This document shows, piece by piece, positions 38,368 through 46,938 of a stretch of DNA of 64,000 bases. Within the stretch, counting starts at the first letter, position 1. Every line of letters begins with the position of its first letter. Where the stretch lies: the NCBI GenBank assembly GCA_000002435.2, contig CM018793.1; one strand, 5' to 3'. The notes beneath the pieces were generated by a model. It saw only the letters and a program-made list of their open reading frames with translations. It had not been told where the DNA came from and ran no database searches. A program made the translations under genes and the position numbers. Origin of the DNA: Giardia intestinalis. Lineage: Eukaryota.

Positions 38368-41300
38368 ATGTCCAGCGGGGGCTTTCGCCACAGTCCGGAG
38401 GATCTCAAGGCCCTAATGACGGATGCGACCGTCGAGAGCCTAAGGACGCGGTTCGAGGGCACCGACGGCCTTTTGAGGAGTCTGAAGACTACCAGTCTCA
38501 AGGGGTTATCATCTAAGGATGTCCCCAAGCATTTGGAGTATTATGGACGCAACAAGGTCGAGCCAAGACCCCCTAAGTCCTTCTGTAGGCTTTTCTTCGA
38601 GACCTTCAAGGATGTGACCATCATCATCCTCCTAATTGCCTCGATTGTTTCAATAATCGTTGGTTCCATTCCCTCACTCAGCGAAGAGGAGTACGGCTGG
38701 ATTGATGGAGTTGCAATACTGGTTGCCGTCCTGATAGTTGCTCTGGTGTCGTCAATTAACGAATTCTCTAAGGAGAAGCAGTTTCGTAAGCTTAACGCTA
38801 TAAAGAATAACAAGCAAATTAAAGTCGTAAGAGACGGAAAAGAGACAGTCGTTTCCATTTTTGACGTAGTTGTTGGTGATATTGTCGTCATGGAGCTAGG
38901 CGATCAGATTCCTGCAGACGGTGTCCTCGTCTCTTGCAATGACATGAAGTGTGATGAGTCTGGGATGACCGGTGAAAGTGATGAAATTAAAAAGGATCTT
39001 GCTGCAAATCCGTTCGTGATCGGGAGCTGCCTTGTCACTCATGGATCTGGGCGCATGGTCGTTGCTGCTGTTGGCAAGTACAGTAAGCACGGCGATATTC
39101 TTGCTACCCTTCAGGAGGAGGATGAGCAGACCCCCCTGCAAGAGAAGCTCGAGGTTCTTGCGAAGTACATCGGCTATGCTGGGATTGCTGCTGCCATTCT
39201 CACGTTCATTGTTCTGGTTTCCCGGTTCTTTGTTGATGGCCGTCAAAGCAATTCAAAGAACTTCACGCAGTGGGTCGGCTATATGATCACGTCGATCACC
39301 ATCATCGTCGTCGCCGTGCCGGAGGGCCTTCCGCTTGCTGTGACGATCTCTCTTGCGTTTTCTATGAAGAAGATGATGCGTGACCAGTGCCTCGTCCGGA
39401 AGCTTCATGCATGTGAAACGATGGGCAGTGTCAATAATATTACCAGTGACAAGACCGGAACACTTACTCTCAACAGAATGACGGTCGTTCGCATGAGGAT
39501 TGAGAACAGCTTTTACTTGAGGACAAGTGGTAAAACGAGTGCCGATGACTCCGAGTGTTCTCCAATGCCGGATGCCGAGGCGATCGCAGACAAGAAGTTT
39601 TCCAGGGGTGTTGCGGGCATTTTTGCATTGAACTCGGCACTTAACTCTACCGCCAACCTCCGTGTTGATGAGAGTAGTAAGCCTCCAAAGGGTATTAAGA
39701 GGGGCAAAGCAGCCGTGGCTGAGGAGGACGGGTCGTCTTCTATTGAGGTCATTGGCAACAAGACAGAGGGCGCGCTCTTGATGCTTTCACGCGACATGGG
39801 ATTCGACTACCAGGAGTTCAGAGAGATGCTTGTCATAGACGGACAGGCCAAGGGCGCAATCGCGCATGCCTTTGAGTTTACGTCTGATCGTAAGAGGATG
39901 TCCGTGGTTTTAGATCTGGAAAAGTTTGGGAAGACGAGTGCTGCTGAAAGCTTAAAGGGCGCTCTCGATCTAATTGACGATCGTCGTTCTTACCTTGTTC
40001 TGTCTAAAGGTGCTTCCGAGATAATGTTGGAGCGCTGCAGAAACATTCTTAAGACAGATGGGACTGTTGTGCCTCTCACAGAGAGCATGCGTTCCGAATA
40101 TGAGAAAACGATTATCTCATATGCAACCAAGTCACTCCGCACTCTTTGCGTTGCCTATAGGTCGGTTTCCAAGGTTGACGGAGACAGGAAGGAGGGTGCC
40201 ACGATGGAGGATGGTACAGTGGAGAACATCCACAACTACGCCAATGCGGATTATATTGAGAAGGATCTTACGCTGATATGCTTAGTCGGCATCATGGACC
40301 CTTTGCGCCCTGGTGTCACTAATGCCGTAGAGCGCTGCAAGCGTGCTGGAATCACTGTGCGGATGGTTACAGGCGACAACAAGATCACTGCTGTTGCCAT
40401 TGCAAAAGAATGTGGAATCCTTCCAGACGACATATCGGACGATATAATTGATAAGTACGTTACTACAGGGCCAGAGTTCCGCAAGCTTTCAGATACAGAG
40501 TTGGACGAGATCCTTGATACCCTCCGAGTCATTGCGCGTGCTGCTCCTAAAGACAAGTACCGCTTGGTCAAGAGACTGAAGCACTACAACCACACGGTCG
40601 CTGCGACGGGTGACGGATCCAACGATGCTCCCCAGCTCAAGGCTGCAGACGTGGGACTTGCTATGGGGATTGCCGGGACTGAGGTAGCCAAGGAGGCCTC
40701 CGACATAATAATTATGGATGATAACTTCCTCTCTATCGTCCGTGCTGTGGAGTGGGGTCGTGCAGTCCTTACAAATGTTCGCAAGTTCCTTCAATTCCAG
40801 CTCACTGTCAATGTTGCTGCCGTCGTCGTTGCTTTCCTCGGAGCGGCTGTTCTGGAGGAGTCTCCGCTGACTGCTCTGCAGATGCTTTATGTCAACCTCC
40901 TCATGGACTCTCTCGGTGCGCTGGCTTTAGCGACTGAAGACCCAGCTAAGAATGTGCTTGACTATGAGCCTGTCCATAGAGCTGCCAGCCTCATCGCCCC
41001 TGGCATGCTGCGCAACATTCTCATCGTCGCCTTCTATCAGATCGCTGTTATCCTTCTAATGATCTTTGGTGTGGTAGGAGACACCCTGCTCATGGTTCCA
41101 GATTCTGTTAAGTGTATACCCATGGCTGACGGCTCGTGCGCCTACAACGAGCACGGAGCAAAGGCCTACAGGTATACGTGCATATACAATTTCTTTATAT
41201 TCGCCCAGCTTTTCAATGAAATCAGTTCGAGGCGTATAAACAATGAGCTCAACGTCTTCTCTGGCCTCCACAAATCACCCATGTTCATCTTAATCTTCCT

Positions 41301-41655
41301 CGGTACGGTCGGTATGCAACTCATTATTATGCTTGCTCCTGGTGTCCGTTATATCTTCCATATCTTCGACTGTAGTGAGAACCACCAGAGCTACTGTGGG
41401 AATAGCCATGATCACGGTATCCTCTGGCAGTCGTGGGCCATCACCTTGGCCTTTGCACTCTTCACTGTATTTGTCCACCTCTTTGGAAGGCTGAAGAAAC
41501 TGAAGCCTGAGTTCAAGGTTAGTGAGAAGGCAGCCAAGAGGGCCATGGAGAAGAAGAACGCTCGCGCGGCTAAGAGAGAAAAGAAGGCCGACAAGGAGAA
41601 AAGGGCTGGTAAGGCGGAGGCGAAGAAACTTCTCGAGCCATCTGGTAGCGACTGA
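38368..41655 (+). CDS. Plasma-membrane-type (type IIB) Ca2+-transporting P-type ATPase, with all catalytic motifs intact. Start moved to the ATG at 38368.
   Basis: TGES (SGMTGESDEI), PEGLPLAVTISLAFS (PMCA M4 signature), DKTGTLT at 39448-39468, MVTGDNKITA, GDGSNDAPQLKAADVGLAMG, and M6 YVNLLMDSLGALALATE. The N-terminus is PMCA-like and the C-terminal tail is Lys-rich. Confidence 0.85.
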   Translation: MSSGGFRHSPEDLKALMTDATVESLRTRFEGTDGLLRSLKTTSLKGLSSKDVPKHLEYYGRNKVEPRPPKSFCRLFFETFKDVTIIILLIASIVSIIVGSIPSLSEEEYGWIDGVAILVAVLIVALVSSINEFSKEKQFRKLNAIKNNKQIKVVRDGKETVVSIFDVVVGDIVVMELGDQIPADGVLVSCNDMKCDESGMTGESDEIKKDLAANPFVIGSCLVTHGSGRMVVAAVGKYSKHGDILATLQEEDEQTPLQEKLEVLAKYIGYAGIAAAILTFIVLVSRFFVDGRQSNSKNFTQWVGYMITSITIIVVAVPEGLPLAVTISLAFSMKKMMRDQCLVRKLHACETMGSVNNITSDKTGTLTLNRMTVVRMRIENSFYLRTSGKTSADDSECSPMPDAEAIADKKFSRGVAGIFALNSALNSTANLRVDESSKPPKGIKRGKAAVAEEDGSSSIEVIGNKTEGALLMLSRDMGFDYQEFREMLVIDGQAKGAIAHAFEFTSDRKRMSVVLDLEKFGKTSAAESLKGALDLIDDRRSYLVLSKGASEIMLERCRNILKTDGTVVPLTESMRSEYEKTIISYATKSLRTLCVAYRSVSKVDGDRKEGATMEDGTVENIHNYANADYIEKDLTLICLVGIMDPLRPGVTNAVERCKRAGITVRMVTGDNKITAVAIAKECGILPDDISDDIIDKYVTTGPEFRKLSDTELDEILDTLRVIARAAPKDKYRLVKRLKHYNHTVAATGDGSNDAPQLKAADVGLAMGIAGTEVAKEASDIIIMDDNFLSIVRAVEWGRAVLTNVRKFLQFQLTVNVAAVVVAFLGAAVLEESPLTALQMLYVNLLMDSLGALALATEDPAKNVLDYEPVHRAASLIAPGMLRNILIVAFYQIAVILLMIFGVVGDTLLMVPDSVKCIPMADGSCAYNEHGAKAYRYTCIYNFFIFAQLFNEISSRRINNELNVFSGLHKSPMFILIFLGTVGMQLIIMLAPGVRYIFHIFDCSENHQSYCGNSHDHGILWQSWAITLAFALFTVFVHLFGRLKKLKPEFKVSEKAAKRAMEKKNARAAKREKKADKEKRAGKAEAKKLLEPSGSD

Positions 41656-41765
41656 TTCCTTGTCCCATCCTAGTAGGTCTGATAACCTAAGCATTTAGAG
41701 TAAAGGACTTTCTTTTATATTATATTGTTAGTGAGAGTTGACAAAGAAGGGGGTTATGTAAAAAA

Positions 41766-44114
41766 ATGTCTGCTCCAACAACCGCAGACCTGCTCGCACT
41801 GTTTACTTCTCGAGACCTCGGGGCACTTAGAGACAAGTATGGCAGTATAGAAGGTCTAGCAAAAGAATTGGGGTCTGACCCTGCCACAGGCCTTTTGAAA
41901 CCTACCGTTTTGCTCCATCGAAAAACCTATGGTAGCAATACAATGCCTCTTCGGCGGCCGAGAGGATATGGTTGGGCATTTCTCAGAGGTCTGAAAGACC
42001 CCGTGGTGATTGTACTAACTGTCATCTCCATTTTGTTGATTACCTTCGGATTGCTTCCGGATTATACCTATGATGTTTATGCATGGATTGACGGGGTGAT
42101 TACCCTAGTGATGCTTTTGCTACTCTTGTCTATTAATGCGGCTATTGTTTACCATAAGGACAAAGTGCTGTGGCAGGCTAACGTAAACGCCAATAAGCAT
42201 ACTGTCACTGTGGTCAGAGATGGCAGACCCCAAGATGAATCGTCTGACAGCCTTGTAGTAGGTGATGTGGTATGTCTTACTGCTGGTTCGTTTGTCCCCG
42301 CTGATGGCGTCTTGCTGATTAATACTGACGTGAAAGTGATCACTGATCTGTCTACGGTTCTAAATGGCTCATTAACGAGCACGTCCGTAACCCAAACAAC
42401 TGATCCATTCCTGAGTGCAGGAACATACATTAGCGACGCCACCGAAGAGGTGCGAATGCTCGTGCTAGTTGTTGGAGAGGCCACTATTTTAGGGAAGACT
42501 CGCTTGAGCAAGGGCTATCAGAACTTTGCAACAGACCTCCAGAAGCGTTTAGAAAAGCTTTATCGGTGGACAACAATCGGATCGCTAATAGGCTCACTGA
42601 TTATATTCCTTGTCATGGCTGTTCGATTCTTCTTGGCAGGGACGGCCAATGATAATCGACAGGTCACTACTGTAGTGCGGCAGATCTCCATTGCGCTCAT
42701 CGTCTTTATTGTTACGGCACCAGAGGCTCTTCAGATGGCACTAAGCCTTTCGTTGAGTTACAGTATGAAGACCATGTGTAAGGATGGCATCCATATAAAG
42801 AACTACGATTCCATTGAAAACCTTGCGTGCTGTACTCATCTTGTTCTTTCCACAAACACGCTTCCATCAACTCAGGACGAACTCCTTCAAGCATCTAGCG
42901 CAGGGATCAAGCTATGCTACGCCTCTTCTGACCCCCATGACATAGCTGTTAATAAGGCAAAGGTCGCTGGATTGCTGGATCAGGACTCTTCCTGTGTAGC
43001 TTCTGTGCGCGCGTCTGAGCTATTCTCTTATCCTCAGGAAACCATTAATATGAGGCTGAAGGAGACGCACGTTATCTCGGAGATAACGGCGCAAGATCTG
43101 CACCGTCTCGTATGCTTCCTTAGAAGCCCAGAGGACGTGGTTGCGTATATTGGAACAGATAACCTGCATGCTGCTGCATTGCGTACTGCCGATGTGGGAC
43201 TATCTACCAGGCTCAATGGGACGGATCTCTGCAAAGACAGTTCAGATATTGTGCTTGAGCAGGGTAGCTTTTCTGATCTTATTGAGGCTATCCGCTGGGG
43301 CAGCAACATTGTGCACAATGTAAGGAAGTTTATCCAGTTTCAATATACTGCGGGCGTACTGGTCATCCTCCTCACGCTCCTGTCCTCTGCAATCTTCAAC
43401 ATAATACTTTTCTCTGCTGCTCAGCTGCTCTACATCAACCTTGTCATAGATGCTCTGGCTGCGTTCGCTTTTGGAGGTGAGCCTCCGCACCGCACGGGTA
43501 GTGTTCCTCCACTATTGAGGAGGACCTATAAAATTTTCAATCCGTCCATGACGAGAAATATATACATCTCGGCTCTCTTTACCCTAGTGTCATGCATCCT
43601 AGCACTTATTCCCGATGTTGCAGATAAGCTTTTTGGAATCCCTAGTCGACTGGGCGGTCCCTCTGCCACAGAGGACGAGTTTGCACTGGCGCTGGCTAAT
43701 AGCTTCAAGCAGACGTGTGCATACAACATCCTCGTTATCTCGCTTATTTTTAATATGTTTTGGGCAAGAACTACGTATAGGGAGATGAATGTGTTTGTTT
43801 ACATTAAAAAGTCCATCAATATGTGGATTGTTATTGCAGTGATTGCATGTACCCATGTCGTAGTCATGATGGTTCCTGGGGTGACTTTTGTTTTCAAGAC
43901 ATTTAACTGTCTAGGCGACTCGTGTCTTTTAGGCGGAGCCAATGGGGTCGTTCCGCACCCCCTGAAGTTTTTTAGTATAGGATGGCAAGGGTGGATTGTG
44001 ACTCTTGTATTAGGTGCTCTCGTTTTGCCTTGCAACCTGCTTTTTAGATTGCTTCCAATGGCACGGGAGTACGGGTATAGAGGAGCAGGGGGCGTTTCTG
44101 CCTCCAAGCTGTAG
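41766..44114 (+). CDS. PMCA paralog lacking all catalytic P-type ATPase motifs (predicted pseudo-ATPase), in tandem 110 nt downstream of the intact PMCA.
   Basis: The PMCA-like N-terminus and 10-TM architecture are retained, as are M4 PEALQMALSLSLSYS and M6 YINLVIDALAAFAFGGE. DKTGT is replaced by STNTL (42849-42863). TGES is replaced by NGSL. VTGDN is replaced by IGTDN. GDGSND is degenerate. Confidence 0.7.
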   Translation: MSAPTTADLLALFTSRDLGALRDKYGSIEGLAKELGSDPATGLLKPTVLLHRKTYGSNTMPLRRPRGYGWAFLRGLKDPVVIVLTVISILLITFGLLPDYTYDVYAWIDGVITLVMLLLLLSINAAIVYHKDKVLWQANVNANKHTVTVVRDGRPQDESSDSLVVGDVVCLTAGSFVPADGVLLINTDVKVITDLSTVLNGSLTSTSVTQTTDPFLSAGTYISDATEEVRMLVLVVGEATILGKTRLSKGYQNFATDLQKRLEKLYRWTTIGSLIGSLIIFLVMAVRFFLAGTANDNRQVTTVVRQISIALIVFIVTAPEALQMALSLSLSYSMKTMCKDGIHIKNYDSIENLACCTHLVLSTNTLPSTQDELLQASSAGIKLCYASSDPHDIAVNKAKVAGLLDQDSSCVASVRASELFSYPQETINMRLKETHVISEITAQDLHRLVCFLRSPEDVVAYIGTDNLHAAALRTADVGLSTRLNGTDLCKDSSDIVLEQGSFSDLIEAIRWGSNIVHNVRKFIQFQYTAGVLVILLTLLSSAIFNIILFSAAQLLYINLVIDALAAFAFGGEPPHRTGSVPPLLRRTYKIFNPSMTRNIYISALFTLVSCILALIPDVADKLFGIPSRLGGPSATEDEFALALANSFKQTCAYNILVISLIFNMFWARTTYREMNVFVYIKKSINMWIVIAVIACTHVVVMMVPGVTFVFKTFNCLGDSCLLGGANGVVPHPLKFFSIGWQGWIVTLVLGALVLPCNLLFRLLPMAREYGYRGAGGVSASKL

Positions 44115-44119
44115 TCTAC

Positions 44120-44126
44120 TGTAAAC
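44120..44126 (+). promoter_or_regulatory. Poly(A)-signal-like TGTAAAC, 6 nt after the stop of the PMCA paralog.
   Basis: Variant of AGTRAAY. Confidence 0.3.
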
Positions 44127-44146
44127 GCCAGTTGATATTTAAAACT

Positions 44147-44899
44147 ATGGGTAAGCACCAGCGGTTGGTTCCCATCCTTGCATCAATAGGCTTGGTGTCT
44201 TCGACCACCATTATCTGTCTCCTTGCTTTCCGACACGATATGGTTCTAGAGTTTCTCGGGCTTACATACTTCGTCAACATGATTGGTCTTTTGCCTATAT
44301 TATCCATTCTCTACTTTATCGGCATGTTCTGTTATGGAGCATCGAACTCCATACACAGGAATTTCACAAGTACAGCTGCATGCACAATCTTTCTAATTTC
44401 AATTGTCATGCAGATCATTGAGCTGTCTTTGTTACAGTCCTCAGCATCCAGCATGCTGTATCTCCTAACAGCCACTCTCGGTATTGCGGCGTCCCTGGTG
44501 TCTGCACTGCATCAATCGCCGTCAATATTATTTACCTTTATTGTAAAAGCGGTTCCGTTAACAAACGCAGCTTACTCTGTACTACAGTTCTCGTTGTTGA
44601 AGAAAAACGATGTGGTACTCCTGATCGCTAATGCATGCCTGGCATCGGTCGCATTTTTTGTAGTATCAGTTCTTCCATTGGCAGCACTTGCAGTGGGGAA
44701 CGTTTTAATATATGTCGACTACTCTGGTCAGGCCCTAGGCTCAACGGCGATGTCTGCAGCTACGATTGAGGCATCTCTGACAGCCATTCTAGCAGCCATG
44801 GAGGTCATCAAGTACACAAACATTCGGAAGGAAATATTGATGGATATCAAGCAGAAGCAGCAGCGCGGCGTGCCTAACTCGTACGCAACAATGGATTAG
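44147..44899 (+). CDS. Hypothetical multi-pass membrane protein, about 250 aa with 6-7 TM helices. Start moved to the ATG at 44147.
   Basis: Strongly hydrophobic segments throughout. The track start 44132 is TTG. No family motif. Confidence 0.4.
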   Translation: MGKHQRLVPILASIGLVSSTTIICLLAFRHDMVLEFLGLTYFVNMIGLLPILSILYFIGMFCYGASNSIHRNFTSTAACTIFLISIVMQIIELSLLQSSASSMLYLLTATLGIAASLVSALHQSPSILFTFIVKAVPLTNAAYSVLQFSLLKKNDVVLLIANACLASVAFFVVSVLPLAALAVGNVLIYVDYSGQALGSTAMSAATIEASLTAILAAMEVIKYTNIRKEILMDIKQKQQRGVPNSYATMD

Positions 44900-44947
44900 A
44901 TGCACAGAAGGCAGCAGCTGCACCAAGAGTAAATAGCTAGAGTGAGG

Positions 44948-45856
44948 TTAGAGACCAGAAGCATAAGTATACTGTCCGATAGTCTCGAGTGCTCGATGCA
45001 TCGATGACCCGCTGAAGATAGTCTTGTATATTCCTCGCTTCAGCGAGGACAGCTCTAGCACCTTGCGAAGGATCGGAACAAGCCGAAGAAGCTCTAGATC
45101 ATCTTCTTCGCCGCTGAAGGGGGGTATAGGATAGGCTAGTTCCACATTCAGAGCATAGGAAACCGGATTGTCATCTACAATGATCATATCTGACAGGGGG
45201 CGCCCCAGCTTAGCCAGGTTCTTTACCAGGGAGCCATCTATCATGTCGCATGCACCTCTGTACAGGACAACATCTGCGTAACGATCTATCTCAGTAGCTC
45301 TGATTCTCGGCTCTGCGTATGATTCCATTGCTGCGGTCCAAATGATAACCTCAAAGACAGTCGAGGCCCACCCAAGGAAGTCCAACGCATATGGTCGCAG
45401 ATAGAGATAACGGTATGTGGACTCTTCTCCCATGTCGAAGTAGTCCAAGGGCGTATTCAGAAGCTCCGCAGACGTATAGAATAAGGTCGCATCGAGATCA
45501 AGAACTAGCGTTGGCCTGCCCTTCTTACGAACATTGGGAGGAAGCAGCGCCAAATGATCAGATTGGTCCACGTGTCCGCCATTCGCAGAAGAGTTCGCCA
45601 TCCTCTGCAGCGCTACAAACGCATTAGCCCATGTTTCCACTGCGTCGGAGGTCCGGATGCTTTGCAGAAAGAAATCGTGCCTATTAAGAAGATTGCTAGG
45701 GATGGGTACGAATCGTTGGGTACGCGGGCTGTACAAAGGGGCCGAATCCAGCTTATCGATGTTAATCAAGAAGCGAGTTATAGGGATGACTCCCTCGACC
45801 TCGCGCTTCCGACCTTTCATGGCCTTCCGGGATTTGGCGGGCTTTCGGAGAGACAT
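44948..45856 (-). CDS. FCP1/SCP (NIF-domain) HAD-family protein phosphatase, CTD small phosphatase-like.
   Basis: PTLVLDLDATLFYTS carries the DxDxT catalytic motif. YLRPYALDFLGWASTVFEVIIWTAAMESYAEP and MIIVDDNPVSYA parallel SCP1 DLDETLVHS, KRPHVDEFL, FTAS..YAD and LDNSP. ATG verified. Confidence 0.7.
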   Translation of the reverse strand: MSLRKPAKSRKAMKGRKREVEGVIPITRFLINIDKLDSAPLYSPRTQRFVPIPSNLLNRHDFFLQSIRTSDAVETWANAFVALQRMANSSANGGHVDQSDHLALLPPNVRKKGRPTLVLDLDATLFYTSAELLNTPLDYFDMGEESTYRYLYLRPYALDFLGWASTVFEVIIWTAAMESYAEPRIRATEIDRYADVVLYRGACDMIDGSLVKNLAKLGRPLSDMIIVDDNPVSYALNVELAYPIPPFSGEEDDLELLRLVPILRKVLELSSLKRGIYKTIFSGSSMHRALETIGQYTYASGL

Positions 45857-45881
45857 TTTAATGAAAATTTTTTAATTGACT

Positions 45882-46766
45882 ATGGCACAGTACACACCCG
45901 GGGTCCAGGTAGAGACCGTACCCATGGGTAAGATTCATACAGCAGCAGCGGGAGCTGTACTAGACATATGCACAGACCCGTATAGCCAGATGGTTGCGAC
46001 AGCTAGTTCTGACGGAACTATTCGCATCTATTCAGCAAACACAGGAGATTCGGGGGTAGCAACAGATGCTGTCTTTTGCCTCACACATCACAGGGCTTCG
46101 GTTTGTCGCGTAGTTTGGGTTCCTCCGGCTTATGGGAACTTTATCATCAGTGCAGGGCATGACGGCCTCCTCCTTGTTTGGCAGAAGCTAGACGGGGGCT
46201 GGCGTATCGGTGCAGAGCACAAGTTCCAGCAACCGATAGCTGACATTTCTGTTCTGAATGATAACGTGTTTGTAGCATCTCTTGATGGTAGTCTGCACTA
46301 CTGCAAAGCGTACTTTCAACAAAACCCAGCCATTGATTGCATCGGATCCACAACCTGTAAGTTCGTACCCTTGGCAATAGATGCCCGTCCTGTTGGTGAT
46401 CAATTTCAGGTCGCATGCGGGCTCTTGTCGGGGTTTCTAACCATTTTTCTCGTTGCAGGATCGGGGGAGTTCATAGAGCAGGAGTACTGCCAGTTGATCC
46501 AGACTCCTTCACCAATTCGATCCGTTGCCTGGGGGAGTGCGCTACTTAATCCATACGGCTCGCTGGCTGTCGGCTACGAGACGGGAGAACTGCTCATATA
46601 CAAGGCTATTACAGGAGAGAAGGTCGAACTAAGCACAGCTGTGTACACCAAAACCGTTGAAAGGCCCTTGTGTCGGGTCAGATACGGTCCCACAGGTGCA
46701 GTTCTTGCAATTGCGTATGGAGATGGAAAATCAGAGCTGATCAATCCCTTTATAAACTCCAAGTAA
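45882..46766 (+). CDS. SEC13: Sec13/Seh1-like WD40 beta-propeller protein (COPII and nuclear pore). Start moved to the ATG at 45882.
   Basis: HHRASVCRVVWVPPAYGNFIISAGHDGLLLVW matches Sec13 [32 protein letters not shown]. Also ASSDGTIRIYS. About 295 aa. Only 25 nt separate it from the divergent phosphatase gene. Confidence 0.7.
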   Translation: MAQYTPGVQVETVPMGKIHTAAAGAVLDICTDPYSQMVATASSDGTIRIYSANTGDSGVATDAVFCLTHHRASVCRVVWVPPAYGNFIISAGHDGLLLVWQKLDGGWRIGAEHKFQQPIADISVLNDNVFVASLDGSLHYCKAYFQQNPAIDCIGSTTCKFVPLAIDARPVGDQFQVACGLLSGFLTIFLVAGSGEFIEQEYCQLIQTPSPIRSVAWGSALLNPYGSLAVGYETGELLIYKAITGEKVELSTAVYTKTVERPLCRVRYGPTGAVLAIAYGDGKSELINPFINSK

Positions 46767-46938
46767 ACCAATCTTACCTCAAAACCAAGGCAGAGAGTGC
46801 CAGTGATTACCCCAGTGGGTGACGCACAAGGTCTTTTAGGGCGCAGCTTACAGGCCATACCGCTACAGTGGTATACGCAAACAGCACGCGTGAAAATTAA
46901 TGGAAATTGAGTAACTCTCTTAAAAATTACTTTCCATT

